Source of the DNA: Rhynchobatus australiae
Lineage: Eukaryota
NCBI GenBank assembly: GCA_034780895.1
Contig: JAUZTB010000027.1
Coordinates: 20,353,848 to 20,417,847, forward strand
Length of the DNA stretch: 64,000 bases
Reading direction: 5' to 3'
The notes below the pieces were generated by a model. It ran no database searches. It was not told the DNA's origin and saw only the letters and a program-made list of their open reading frames with translations. Position numbers and translations under genes: made by a program. How positions within the stretch are numbered: position 1 is the stretch's first letter; each line of letters starts with the position of its first letter. This document shows positions 13,511 through 27,515 of the stretch, in pieces.

Positions 13511-14454
13511 GTGTGGAGTTCTATGCAGAGATCGTTCTCTTCTCTTTTTTTTTCTACTTCCCTTTGAAATTTTTGATTTCATCTTATTTCTCTTTCACAT
13601 TAACTTGGCACTATTAATATGCTCCTTGTTTCTGCTTTATTTTACTCAATCTTTTTGATCATCTACCACTGTTGCTGGAGTGTAGACCATCTACAAAATG
13701 CACTGCAGTTACTTGCCTAGACGAATCTGACACAATCTCCCAAATTCTCATCCTCTGCTACCAAGAAGGACAACTGCAGCCCTTATTATTAGAACATCAC
13801 CACCTCCAGGTTCCCTTAGAAGCCACATATCATCTTTATGTGGAAATAATTGTCATTTCCTCATCATTACAGGGTCTAAATCCTGGAATCCCGACCCTGT
13901 ATAGCAGACTATGGGATTGCCTTCTCAGAAGGACTTCACTGATTCAAGAAGGTGGCTCACCAACACATTTTTAAGTGAACTTAAGGAAAGGCAATAAATA
14001 TTGGTCTTGCTGTAAAGTTTGCATCCTGAAAAACGGATAAAAGCAAAATTTAATTTTGTTTATTAAAAACACATATGGACCTGAAATTGTTTATAATGTA
14101 CAGGGCTATTCATAGACTAGTATAAAATATATACCATTTACATTTATTTATTTACTGGCTTTTCTAGTATACATCTTCATGTAACCTATATCTCTTAATA
14201 TTATAATGGAGAAAGGTATTATTCATCCCTTCATTCGTATTCTATTTATGACATTGATAACACATTTAAGAAAAAGGCTGGATAATAAGTAAACTTACTA
14301 ATCTTGATAGTGGAGCAGTGGGAATTAGGAAAATAATCTGATGGGTATCACAAAGAGGAGTTTAATTTATAGGCTACTAAAGTTAACTTCAATATTATGC
14401 AATTGAGAATTGGATGATTCATTCTAAATCTCATTTTTCCTTCCATTGACTTAG

Positions 14455-14685
14455 CTTTGTAGTCACGATGAGACTCATCACAAGCTACAAAATGAGATGC
14501 TTACAGTGAAGCATCAATGTGAAACCAAGTGCAGACAAGTGGAGAACTGTGAGGATGCAATTGATCATTTGACCCAACAGCTACAGGCTGCACAAGAAGA
14601 TCTGTCTGCACACAGAGTACATATTGCCCAGTGTGAGGAGATCATTCGTAGTCTTCGGGAGCAGGCTGCTATTCATCACAATGAG
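14455..14685 (+). CDS. PMFBP1: Internal exon C (LCSHDETHHKLQNEMLTVK...EQAAIHHNE)
   Basis: Pyrimidine tract plus ttag acceptor, donor gtgagc at 14686; 231 nt, phase 0-0, coiled-coil composition. Confidence 0.85.
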
Positions 14686-15099
14686 GTGAGCATGGGCATG
14701 TTTATCTGCCTTTTGCTTGTAATTGTTGAGAAAGGCTATCAAAACCTTTCCGTACTTGGCTCTTTATGGAAAATCTTATAAAGTTTAATATGTCATATAT
14801 ATTCAAGACAGCACAACACAACAAAACCATGTATTTGAAAGGTAAACCAAACATGTTAGAAAAATGTGGTCTTAAACCCAAGTGAAAGGATTATGGTTGG
14901 TCACAGCACCATCATTTATCCTACTGCCCAATGGTAACTTTCTCATTTGAGGCTAACAAGGCAAATGGGAGAGCAGTGAAATGACAATTGAAAATGGGTT
15001 TTTAATCTTGCATTATGTTATCCAAAATGGCCAGCATCAAGGTCTATTCTTCCCACCTAGCTAGGGCATGTGCAGGGATTTAAATTTGATTTCTTTTCG

Positions 15100-15475
15100 A
15101 GTCATAGAAGGATACAATATGAAAACTGGCCCTTCAGCCCACCAAATATGCACCAACCATCAAACACCCATTTACACTAATCCATTTACACTAAACACTA
15201 CTATTTCTACATTAATTCCATTTTAGTCTCCCCATCTTCAACTTCTTCCCCCACCCCAGATTCAGCTACTTATCCACACGCTAACGTAGGTACAGTGGCC
15301 AATTAACTTACCCATCCACACTTATTTGGGATGTGGAAGGAAATCAAAGCACATGGAGGAAACCCACACAGTCGTGGGGAGAATGTGCAAACTCTGCACG
15401 GTCAGCACCATAGCTCAGGATTGAACCCAGGTCTCTGGAGTGTGAGGCTACCAGCTACATCACTGTGCTGCCCAG
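15100..15475 (-). mobile_element. HE1-like V-SINE
   Basis: Reverse V core (tttgggatgtggaaggaaa..ggaggaaacccacac..gggagaatgtgcaaactc), B box gattgaaccc, CR1-like tail. Confidence 0.8.
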
Positions 15476-18400
15476 GAGACACATATACTGTACATATCTC
15501 TCCAAAAGCATCAAATTTCAGTTGTGGCTGAACCCAAGATAGTAGAAGCTTAGAGAAGTGAAAACAGTGGAGGAGGGGGTATTGATTACAAATGGTGGAG
15601 GAGCAGATTGATTAATAACCAATAAATAATGTTTGAATACATGCAGATTGAAACTTGTTTGTTAATAAGTTAAATGTGCTATGAAGGTTATGAAAGCAAA
15701 GAATATTTTTAGCCCAATGAACTAGACCAAGTGACTCATGACATGCCAAAATCATATTAGACAATTATAAAACAAAGGCTAAATTTCCTTCATATTTTTA
15801 TCAATATGGAAAGTCAATTACTGTTATATCCACAAAAATACTATGTGCCAGAATCAACAAGATACAGTACAATAGACAGTCGCTATATCAATACATTCTC
15901 TTGCTACCAAACAAGAACTTGGGCAGAGCGTCAGGTTTGAGTTTGCTCATTCATTGGCTACATGGACAGAAATGACGATAAAAAGAAATAGGTAAGAAAA
16001 TACATAAGAGATAATTTTAACTGAGTGTGCCTGATTGACTAGATCAATTCAGTCACTTGTTTACACGTTGCACAATTTTGCTTCAAGTGATTTTGGTGCG
16101 AATTAAGTCGTGAAGGATGTCTTTAGAGATATTATTCTTATCGTGTTTTGGAAGTATTTCTGATGAGATGATATTTACAGAACTGTGAAATTAGATTTCC
16201 ACAAATCTTTAACTGGTGGTATATTTATAATAAGAAGAGGGAAGTTGTAAACAAGATTGCACATTCAGTGGCAAGAAAAAGTAGTCAGGAAAAAGTGTCA
16301 TGTATCAAATTGGCACAGATATTTCTTGCACCTGCCAATGGATTCTTCCTTACATAAGTCAATTGTTCATTCTTCTCATGTTTATATTCCCTGGTCTTTA
16401 ATCCTCAAGGGTCTCAATAAGGAAGTCATTTTCTAAGTTGTTTTTGTGCATCCCTGACCATAGCTGGTTATTCTTAAGTAACAACACTAGAAATCAAACA
16501 ACTTTAAAATTTTAATGGTATACTCTGCAACGATGCTGGCGGATGATTTGAGATTGCAGTGTTACTCAGCTGGAGCTCTTGGCGAGTGCTGACACTTTCA
16601 TGTAAAGTTCTCAGTTTATTTTTGAACTGGACAAATTTTATTTTAAAAAAAACTCAATAAATTGCAATTAAGGACCAGAAAGTCATCATCTTATAAACTC
16701 CATTGTGTTGAAATGGATACATCAGACTTGTGTTACTGGGAGAAGCTAATGATCATTTAGTCATGGACCTGCACTGAAAATTTCAGTTGAGCCTGAATCC
16801 ACAGGATGAGCATTAGGGCTTGGATTTCAGTTACCAAAAAAGATATTGTTGTTGGGGTGGGGTGATGGTGAGTAGCAGGTGACCACCATCCAAAGAGTCA
16901 ATACCTGATTATGGGTACCCTGCGTAGCTCAATTAGAAGGATCAAGGCCTGGGGATGGGACTGGGAGAGAGTCTTCTGGAGGATTGTGGACTGAGAAGGG
17001 GATGTTTTCTGCAAGAGTCAAATGTATCAACAATGCAGCTGCATTGTTTTTGGTAGAAGTGTTTAGGAAATGTTTCCTTCCCATTGGCAAAAGCAACGGA
17101 GACTAATTTGCATAATATTTGTAACCTGTCCACACAACTGTTAATGCTCATATGTCTGAATTGTGCACTTACATAGGGTTGAACATGTTTGTGAAACACT
17201 TCAGTAAAAATGGTGCACCTGTATCCTGATCAGCTACTGTATTCCTGTGCTCTTGTTTTAATCATTTATAATTGGTTGGCCTTTAGATCTTTCTATGTCA
17301 AATTTATAGATAAGTATTAAAATGAGAGCAGTTCATTCACTGATGAGAGTATAAGGTTTGATTAATTAAATTCACGATAACCTGGAAATTGCAACCACCA
17401 TATAGGATTATATTGCAGGTCTTGCACCATGTGGGAGGTAAATGACTTGCATGTAGGTACAGTTCAGATTTGTCCAGTTAGTTTCAGTTAGTATCTATTA
17501 AATATAGATGAAGAAGAGAAGCAGTTAACGTGCATATTTCATGAAAGTGAAATCAGAAGACTCACTTTGTTAGAATTTTAACATCTCCCTTGTACCTACT
17601 TTCTGAAGATATTATTGTATTTAATTAAGTTAGAAGCATTAACTCAACACCTTACATTGAAATACATTGTTGTGGTACTATTTAATGCTATTTTCCTGAG
17701 CTGAAAAGTATTATTGAACTAATTTTACAAGGTTCATTAAAGTCCACTTCAAAATGCCTAGGTTTACAAATGATGAACTAGGCTATAGAGTGATGGATGA
17801 CAATCAGAATATATAATGAGAAAGTCTCTGATAATACCTGCATTAGGGACTTCTCTCCCCAAAACACTTTTTTCTCTTGGTTTGTCTCTTCCCCATCTAA
17901 ACCTTCTCAAAATATGACCAAATATTCTGTTACTTTTCCTCAAAGTCATTCATCTAATTGCCAATCATAGGACTTCATCATACATAAATTATGTTGCATA
18001 TTTGCACACAAAGAAACTGGATATACTGTAAATTGCAGAGGATGTGACAGACAATTCTTTCTTTAGTTTCACCCAATCCCTGCCTGCAAGCTCCTTGAGC
18101 TCTTCTCTTTATTAAAAGTTAATTGCAAAAAGTTAATTGTTTCCCTTCAGGAGTCTAAGATACTTCATGTACTTATGACATCTGATTGAAGATGGTTGAT
18201 AATATTTCAGCTTTAAGTGCTCTCTATAAAGGTGTGGATTTTCATGGCACTTCCTCCTTCCAGGATGCAAGAGGGCTAAAAGTATGGTTCATTTGTTGCT
18301 AGATCTATGGCAAGCTGCTATTCAACAGTCACATTTTACACTGTACAATCACTAGATTTGTTCCTCACTGTTAAGCACAACTGCAGATTTGATCCCTTAT

Positions 18401-18489
18401 GTTGATGCTAAGTGTACAGTGTGATAGAAGCTGATCTACGGAGGTTACTGTTTGTGTTGGAATATAATTCAGATGTCATTGATAACCAT

Positions 18490-20400
18490 CTTCTTAGTAG
18501 AACCTTGGATTGAGAATGAATTGCTTGCTGTCTGGTTCTCTGAATTCTGAGATGGCTGATGAGGCCAATGTCAGACCTACAGAGTCTTCTACAGATGGGA
18601 CAGGAGGTGCCTGATGCAATAGGATGGCTGCCCTTTGGATGCCACTTTTGAGCTTCTAGATCTGTTTTGAATTTATCCCCTTCAGCTTGGTGATAGTGCT
18701 GCACAACATGCCTTATTTGGTTCTATTACAGAAAATTGTAGGGACTTATGATAGCATGCTTTTCTGAAAAAAGCACAAGAAGTGTTTAAATTGATCTGCA
18801 TGGCCTATTTCCCTGAGCACAATCCTCTAAGCAGCCGCTTTGAACAGAATCCATGAAAACAACGTATTGTTGCTGACGTTTTTCTTAAAGCTATCTGACT
18901 TCAAAATTCATATCCTCTGCTCATCCACTGGCCTGAAATCTCTTTGGAATGATTCATTATTATAAAGCATAATGATAGCCTGCTGAGAAACACTCAAACA
19001 ACCACTTTTGAAACACATAAACCTTTGTCACTCAAATCCATTCACTTCGATAGTTATATAGGTTGACTGTTTGTATTATTCAGGCTCCTCAGAGTTGCAT
19101 TCTAAAGACCTAACTAGGGCTAATAGCCAAGGTATAGTTTTAAATACTTTTATGGTGCAAGGATCAAAGAACAGTTTTAAAGATAATATTTCAAATAATA
19201 ATTTCCCAAAATATCAGTACTTGCTGATAGAAGAAAAGACCAGTCAAAGACCAGCTGTCAAAACTATGTGACATAATAAAATCATACACCAAAACATCAT
19301 CTAACCTAAAAGTACTCAATCCCTGGAGACGTACAATAGTGTATGGGGTAATCTAATGAACNNNNNNNNNNNNNNNNNNNNNNNNNNNNNNNNNNNNNNN
19401 NNNNNNNNNNNNNNNNNNNNNNNNNNNNNNNNNNNNNNNNNNNNNNNNNNNNNNNNNNNNNCAGGGCCTGCAAAAAATCCAAGTCCATCACTTAAATAAA
19501 AATATTCTACTCTTTAAATGAGGGAGTTGCAGTCCTGAATCTAGGGCAATCACCTTCACCAATATAGAAGGAAACAGACTTCAGATAAGAAATACCTATG
19601 CATGTCACATCCAATACAACAGGATTCTAGAAGGCAGGGTGAGTGTGAACAATGTCAGCCTTCAGAGCTGTGTAAAAGCCTCTCAAACACTTTAAGTTTG
19701 TACCTTCTAAGGAGGCCACATGAGTGGAAATGATAGCTTGTACACAGAAGGTGCTAACACTGCAAATATATAGATCAGATAACAGATGCTTCAGGACCAG
19801 GTTGATGGAGATAACAAAGCAGATTAATTGGTGACCAGTGCATGGGTGCCTTTCATGGGAGGGAAGTATGGACATGATTGTGGTCCATCATATAATCTAG
19901 CAGGCGCTGGTGCTTGGACCAGGAGTATTGCTATGATGCTTTCTGCCTGATTCTCTGATGAAACAGAATGGCTGTTATGAAAAGGCGGTGCTCCAAGCAT
20001 TTTGTCAAGAGAAGGACCACATTGGAGCTAGCCATCTCGACTCCTTTCTTGTCAATCATGCCTCGCCAGAAGATTGTGTCCCTTCTCGCCCTGATGTTGA
20101 AGCCACTGAGAAGTAACATTTTATCTCCATTTGGAAGCTGAACCAGAATTTTTCAAGGTTGGAGCAGAACTCCTACTTGGCTTCATCCAAAGTTTCAAGG
20201 TTTGCATTGATGACTGTAGTGTGTTGGTTGTGTGATACAGTGAGTTGAAGTGTTCAAAGACTTCACTATTTCCATAGTGAGTTGCTGAGACGCTGGACTA
20301 GTTCATTTATGATGGCAAAACTCACTCGTCTTCTGTTTTGCCTCTCCAGAAGCTGTACCCATCACCTTGTTCTTTAACTTGCCCATCATCCTGCCCATAT
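18490..20400 (-). mobile_element. Highly decayed RTE-clade LINE remnants (endonuclease part near 19880-20400, C-terminal zinc-finger end near 18490-18830)
   Basis: Translations GFNIRARRDTIFWRGMIDKKGV..LLLTKCLEHRLFITAILF (RTE endonuclease-like) and CPICRRLCRSDIGLISHLR (RTE C-terminus). Confidence 0.7.
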
Positions 20401-23400
20401 TGTCTCATGCAGTATGATGATATTGATTTCAAAGCAAATGTTATATGACTATTCAATTTGCAAATATGTCATCAAGGTACAAGGCTTCCATTAGTCACAC
20501 AGAGTCACTTGGACAGAAAAGTAGTATTGATCTGAGTTTCTGTTAGCTGAATGAATGCCTGGAATGTTTCTCTTCATGGATACTTTCTATAATAACAGCA
20601 GCAGACTAAAGGAACTCTTGGGGATTTGCAGGAGATGACTATCATGTTTTATGTCCCACAAAATATTTATCTTGTGTTTTATGGCAGCTGAGATTGATGT
20701 TTTTGTGTTATTGGCTCTAATCTTTGATGTGACTTAATATCAGTTTGTGTTTTAACATTTTTAATTTTTATCCTGGAGCAATCAATTGGAATCAAATTTA
20801 GAGCCATTGAAACAGAAAATGCTGGAAATACTCAGCAAACCAGATAGCATTGCAAAAATGAAAAGAACACTGTGTCAAATCAATGACCTGGACCAGAACT
20901 GGAAAAAGTCAGATGCTACAGGTTTTAAGCAAATGCAGAAGCAGGGAAAGCAGAGGATAGGAGAAAGAATCAAAAGGAAGATCTGCCATTGGATGATAGA
21001 TATTAAAATAAAAATAGGATGATAGGTTAAGGAAAGAGAAAGTTATATAATAAATATAGAAACAAAAGACATGATTAAAGAAGGTGAAAGTGACAAAACC
21101 AGCAACAAAAGTCTGGGGGAGAAAAGGGGGAAAATGTTATAATCTGAAATTTTTAAAGCAGTTATCTTCTAATGGTGTTAGTTCCAGAAAGAAAGTATCA
21201 AAGGTTTCTCCCTACTCTTGATTGTGAGAAAAGAACCAATAACAGTTGATTGTTTCATTTCTCAGTGGATTGCAGTGTGCTTATAATGTATTTAATTCAT
21301 ACATTGAGGTTTCATTTGAGGGCCTCATAGTAACAGTACAACTCTGTGCCTTTATAGCCAATGTGATATAATAGTGTTTTTTTACATTTTTGACGGTTCT
21401 AGTTTATCATGCATTGTCAGCTTGCTCAAGATAGAGTGCAAATTCATCCTTCCACTGTATCCATTCTTCAGACAGGTTACCTGCCTGAAGATTCAGCGCC
21501 TGGTACATTTTTATTTATTCCATGGTATAGTATCTCACTTGAATGACACAAATCGGTGTCTGTCTATAACATCTGTATGACATCTAAGATAATATCTACA
21601 GGTTATCTTAATATTTGGGCACTAGGCTTAAATGTTATGGTTTCCTAAAGCAGCACTTCTGACACTATTTATGAGTAACTCACCTTAAAATACTGGAAGA
21701 TAGCCAGTAAGTTAAACTAACAAAGTGCTTTATTAAACAAAAGATCTTGGAGGGAGAAGGCATTTCTTTTTCTGTCTGCCTTCCCTATGCACAAGCTGAC
21801 ACCTACATATATAGAGAGAAAGAGAGAGTTTCAAGAAATTTCTCCCTAATTTTTTTGCAATATATACAGGGAGCTGTTGGTGACATTCTACAATCCTTAA
21901 GAGTGTACACATGCAACATAGCATATACTACCTTTTTTTTGTCTGATTTATTTGGAAGAACTTCCTTATTGTGGTTTTGTGAAGTTCATATTTTATTAGG
22001 CTTTCTCATATTAATGAAATAATCTTCAGCTGTTATATCCTCTGATCATTAGGANNNNNNNNNNNNNNNNNNNNNNNNNNNNNNNNNNNNNNNNNNNNNN
22101 NNNNNNNNNNNNNNNNNNNNNNNNNNNNNNNNNNNNNNNNNNNNNNNNNNNNNNCTCTGATCATTAGGAACATATTGCACACACTTCTGACTATTATTGT
22201 TTAGTGTACAATGCTGGAAGTAGTTGAGTTATAGAGGTATGACAAATGTGTATCATCGGAATGCCTGTTTCATCATGGGCTTGAATTTTCTTGTTTTCAC
22301 AATAAAATTACTTTGCACGTTTTTGAAGGAAAATGTCTTCATTCTAAGACAGGTGTAACTTTAAAACCTTGTTAACATTAAATTGTAAGTTATCTGAATG
22401 CTGCATTTATAAATCGTGTTTGCCCTGGAGGTAACACAAAAAGATTGATTTTTCAGCCTCACTAGGAGTTTTCATTTACAGCTTTAGGTTACCTGGNNNN
22501 NNNNNNTGGATACAGCATGTTTTAGTTTATTGCTTGCACCAGTAAAGTCTGTGCTTGTCCACAGATTCATTTAATCAAACCAATGACTTTACCATGCAGA
22601 AAGCGAGTAGTACTATGAAATAAGAAACTAACCTTCAGGTTGGTTAATCCACAGCAGGATGAAATAATTATACTACTTCCAACATTTTATGAAGCGCTGA
22701 CCAGTTGGTTCCCATTTAAGAATTTATTAATATTCAGTCTGACCTCTTTTTTGTCATTTTTTTGAAAATTATAAAATAACGGAATTTTGTAGGCTACTGT
22801 AGAATAACCATGACCAGAAACAAAAAAAAATCATTTAAATGATTGAAGACCTTTCTGGTTTGATTTTTACATAAAACTGAAATATTAGCTTAATTTCAGA
22901 AGCACAATGAATGAAATCAAGGTGAAATGATCTGATTTCTGCCTAATTCAGCAGCAGTATAGTGAAGCCATTTTTCCATTGCTGAACTATGCTCCCTGAA
23001 ATTCAAGAAAAATTGAGGATTGGACTCAATTCAGGATGAGTGGTACTCTCCAATACAGTGTAGCTATTTTGGGTGTTGAAAAGTTCCATTTAGCTTTAGC
23101 ATTGAGCTTGGCTACTAGTAAATCCTAGAAGGGGAGGTGAACAAAACAGAGCAGTCATGGACAAGCTCTGTCCATTCAAGTCCACACTTTTCATTGAGAT
23201 ACAATTACTAGCATATGACTTGAATTGTAGAGATTAAAATAGCTCTATGCTTGCAGGCTGTTTGCAGGCCTACCAGAATATGGCATTAAATGCCAACTAT
23301 ATGTCCTCCCCAGTTTGGAAATGTCCAACTGATCCTTTGCCTGTACATATGAACAAGTGTTTGGGAGACCGGCAGGATGGATTTGCTGGCTGCTGCATGG

Positions 23401-24518
23401 CAACAGGCATCTTCTACCAGGTGGGAACTCAATTCACAGCCACATTTCTGTTTGGGTTAGAGCAACTGTTTAGGTTACGGAATCCTGCCGTAACCTGGGG
23501 AGGACCTATTTTCATATTCACAAGCCCAAATGCTACAGTTAGATATCCCAATTAGACTTATCAATGGGGGTGGTCATGTAACCATGGAGAAAGACAATGC
23601 AAATCCCAGAACTGCATGGTACTTTACATGCTGAGGAATTCTTACTAGAGACATAGATCTTTTCCCAGGTTAGTTGTTGTCCTGACTGACAGCCTTCAAG
23701 TCACTCTGAAATAGACTGTGAAACCTGGTCCAAATAATGAAATGGGGGCAATAAGGGTTGAGTCCAACAACTCTTTGATTTGAATGCCCAGTCCAAGACA
23801 AGGACCTGCATCCACAATCTGCTGGGAATGATGCAAACCCTGACCGGGGTGAGATGATCCTCTCAAATGTCAAGGGTTTTTTCTCAGTTTTTAAGTTGGG
23901 NNNNNNNNNNNNNNNNNNNNNNNNNNNNNNNNNNNNNNNNNNNNNNNNNNNNNNNNNNNNNNNNNNNNNNNNNNNNNNNNNNNNNNNNNNNNNNNNNNNN
24001 NNNNNNNNNNNNNNNNNNNNNNNNNNNNNNNNNNNNNNNNNNNNNNNNNNNNNNNNNNNNNNNNNNNNNNNNNNNNNNNNNNNNNNNNNNNNNNNNNNNN
24101 NNNNNNNNNNNNNNNNNNNNNNNNNNNNNNNNNNNNNNNNNNNNNNNNNNNNNNNNNNNNNNNNNNNNNNNNNNNNNNNNNNNNNNNNNNNNNNNNNNNN
24201 NNNNNNNNNNNNNNNNNNNNNNNNNNNNNNNNNNNNNNNNNNNNNNNNNNNNNNNNNNNNNNNNNNNNNNNNNNNNNNNNNNNNNNNNNNNNNNNNNNNN
24301 NNNNNNNNNNNNNNNNNNNNNNNNNNNNNNNNNNNNAAATGCAACTATACTTTCCTTTAAATTGCACTCTATGGTTCTTGAAATTCTCCTATGTATTATT
24401 TATACAGTTGTTTCATTATTTCAATTAGAATACATTTTTTGCTTGCACTGGTTTGAAGTTAGTCTTTAGATTAATAGACCTCTATGGAAAATCAAAATAC
24501 TATGGGTGCTTGAAATCT

Positions 24519-25752
24519 CACAAATTTGATCGAATTTTTTGAGGAAGCGATGAATATGATCAATCAGTTGGGGCAGTGGATGTTGTCTACATGGACTTTA
24601 CTAAAGTATTTGACAAGATCCCTCATGTTAGGTTGGTTCAGAAGATTAAGTCACATGGGATCCACAATGAGTTGGTACATTGGATCCAAAATTAATTTGT
24701 CATAGAAGATAGGGTGGTGCGAGATGTGTTTTTTCTGACTGGATGTCCATGACCAGTGGTGTTCCACAAGGATCAGTGCTGGAACCTCTTGTTGTTTGTA
24801 GTGCATATTAATGATTTGGATGAATATAATAGGTGCTCTGATTAGTAAGTTTGCAGATGACACAAAAATTGGTGGAGTTGTGATTAGTGAGGAAGATTGT
24901 TAATAGTTACGGCAGGATATAGATCACTTGGAAATTTGGATGGAGAAATGACAGATGGAGTTAAATATGGACAGGTGTGAAGTGAAGTGTTTTGGGGGCT
25001 CAAATGCAAGAATAAAGTGTACGGTAAATGGCAGTACCCTTGGGAGCATTGAGGTACATTGAGATCTTGGGGTGCAAGCCCATAGCTCCCTAAAAGTGGC
25101 AACACAAGTGGATAGATAGGGTGGTAAAGAATATGTACAACATGCTTGCCTTCATCTGTTGGGCATTGAGTATAAAAAATTGGCAAGTCATGTTGCAGCT
25201 GTGTAAAATTTTAGTTAGGCCACATTTGGAGTATTCTTTGCAGTTCTGGAGGCCATGCCATGGGAAGGATGTGGTGGCTTTGGAGAGAGTACAGAAGAAG
25301 TTCCCCAGGACGTTCCTGGATTGGTGTGTATTAGCTGTAAGGAAAGGTTGGACAAACTGAGATTGTTTTCTCAGAGCATCGGAGGCTGAAGGGCAACCTG
25401 ATGGATGTGCATGAAATTCTGAGAGGTATAGATATGGTTGATAGTCAGAATCTTTTTCCCAGGGTGGAAATTTCAAATACCAGGCAGAGACTTAAAGTGA
25501 AAGGAGAAAGTTCAAAGGAGTTTTGCAAGGCAAGTCTTTTACACAGAGAGTGGTAGGTACCTGGAATGCAGTGGCAATGGAGATGGTAGAAGCAGATATG
25601 TTGGCAACATTTAAGAGGCATATAGACACACATGAATAGGCAGGGAGTAGATGGATACAGACTATGTGCAGGCAGATGCGATTAGTTTATATCGACATGC
25701 AGTCATGGTGGGCTGAAGGGTGTGTTCCTGTGCTGCACTGCTGTATGTTCTA
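24519..25752 (+). mobile_element. 5'-truncated CR1/HER1 LINE with 8-bp TSD
   Basis: LTNLIEFFEE, VDVVYMDF, SGVPQGS, SKFADDTKIGG, VRPHLEY, LERVQKKF; tgaaatct repeated at 24511-24518 and 25753-25760. Confidence 0.93.
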
Positions 25753-25822
25753 TGAAATCTGAAATAAAAACAAAAATGCTAGAAATACTTCGTAGGTTAA
25801 CTAGCAACAATGGAATTAACAG

Positions 25823-25859
25823 AATTAATATTTCAGGTCAATGACCTTTCATCAGAATT
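25823..25859 (-). ncRNA. Minimal hammerhead ribozyme motif, best-preserved copy
   Basis: Minus strand reads aatt CTGATGA a AGGTC att GACCT GAA ATAT T aatt: intact core, stem II, palindromic stem III, 4-bp stem I. Confidence 0.65.
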
Positions 25860-26419
25860 ATTCATCNNNNCATAAATCCTCATGAATATTTTAATTGTCC
25901 TGTGACCACAGAATTTATGGGGAGGTCAGAAATTGAAGTGCCATTGCCTAACATTAATCCTCTGAACCCAATTTCCATATCTTATAACTTAATAACAACT
26001 AATCTAGATTTCACATCTTCTACTTCTGTCAGACAATGGAGTGTTTTCAAAATAAATAACCATGATTTCTTTTGGTAGACCTGGTAGACATTGCTGTAAA
26101 CAAAAATTCAAATTGTCATTAATTTATAATTATTGAAAAGGTTAAAAAATAGTTTTCTTCAACATCTTTTTGAGTTACTTTTACAACTTTTGTCAGCCTT
26201 TTCCTGGGGAATATTTGTGCTTCTGTGATACTTGTATTATTAATCAAGCATAGTTTAGCCTAGGCGGTAGTACACCTGTGCCGATAATATGAAAAGGAAA
26301 CACAAAGGGATTTCAGAGTAAATATTCGCAATGCATCCAAAGAGTTTTCGTTCATTCTTAATGCACATATATAATATACTATGAGCTATTTAGAAATGCT
26401 TCCATTGCCAACTTCAAAA

Positions 26420-26807
26420 GCAAAATTCTGCAAATGGTGGAAAGCTAAAATAGAAACAGAATCTGGAAATACTCAGCAGGTCAGGGAACATCTATGGAGA
26501 AAGGTACATAATTAATATCTCAGGCCAAAGGCCTTTTGTCAGAACTTGGAACAGTAAGAAAAGAAACAAGTTTTAAGTTGCAGAGATAAAGGGAAGGGAT
26601 GCAGGAAATAAAAGGGAAGCAGTTCATCTTCGACTAAGCATATTATAGCCTTCTGAACTCAACGTTCAGTTCAACAATTTCAGATAATTCTCCATTCCAG
26701 CCCTGTATCTCACATTCCTGAAGAAGGGTCCTGACCCTGAAATGTTGACCCTTTTCTCCACCGATCCTGCCTGGCCTGCTGAGTTCCTCCTGCATCATAG
26801 TGTTTTT
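26420..26807. mobile_element. Two Penelope-derived repeats in inverted orientation; hammerhead-like motif at 26718-26746 (+)
   Basis: aatactcagcaggtcagg versus cctggcctgctgagtt; CTGAAGA AGGGTC ct GACCCT GAAA TGTT. Confidence 0.75.
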
Positions 26808-27392
26808 NNNNNNNNNNNNNNNNNNNNNNNNNNNNNNNNNNNNNNNNNNNNNNNNNNNNNNNNNNNNNNNNNNNNNNNNNNNNNNNNNNNNNNNNNNNNN
26901 NNNNNNNNNNNNNNNNNNNNNNNNNNNNNNNNNNNNNNNNNNNNNNNNNNNNNNNNNNNNNNNNNNNNNNNNNNNNNNNNNNNNNNNNNNNNNNNNNNNN
27001 NNNNNNNNNNNNNNNNNNNNNNNNNNNNNNNNNNNNNNNNNNNNNNNNNNNNNNNNNNNNNNNNNNNNNNNNNNNNACTTGCGGCTGTCCCCAGACACTA
27101 CGCAAAAGATGCATTTCACTGTGTGTTTCAATGTACATGTGACTAATAAAGATATCTTATCTTTATTCCATTGCAAACTTGGTGGGTTAATACTGGATGT
27201 CTGAAATAAAAAGAGAAAAAGCTGCAAATACTCAGTAGGTGAAGCAGGATCCATTGGGAGAAAAATATAGAGTTCATGTTTCAGGTCTAATGAAAGATCC
27301 TGTCTGGCCTATTGAGTATTTCCGGTATATCTGTTTTAATCTAATATGGTTGCTTTCCTTCTAAAATAAGGCATTTTGTTTTTGTATCCCAG

Positions 27393-27515
27393 GCTGCTGG
27401 TTGGGAAGAAAATGTAGTAAAACTCCAAGCAGATTTTGCTTCCTACAAAGCCACCCATGGTCACACTGATGCAGAGTACGATTTCCAGATTGCTCATCTT
27501 GAACAACTGAAGAAG
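27393..27515 (+). CDS. PMFBP1: Internal exon D (AAGWEENVVKLQADFASYKATHGHTDAEYDFQIAHLEQLKK)
   Basis: Acceptor ttttgtttttgtatcccag, donor gtacgg at 27516; 123 nt, phase 0-0. KLQADFASxxATH matches a recalled PMFBP1 motif. Not in the ORF track. Confidence 0.88.

Noticed and set aside
22040-22170. ctctgatcattagga repeated on both sides of a 100-N gap
   Set aside because: Typical unmerged contig overlap; assembly artefact.
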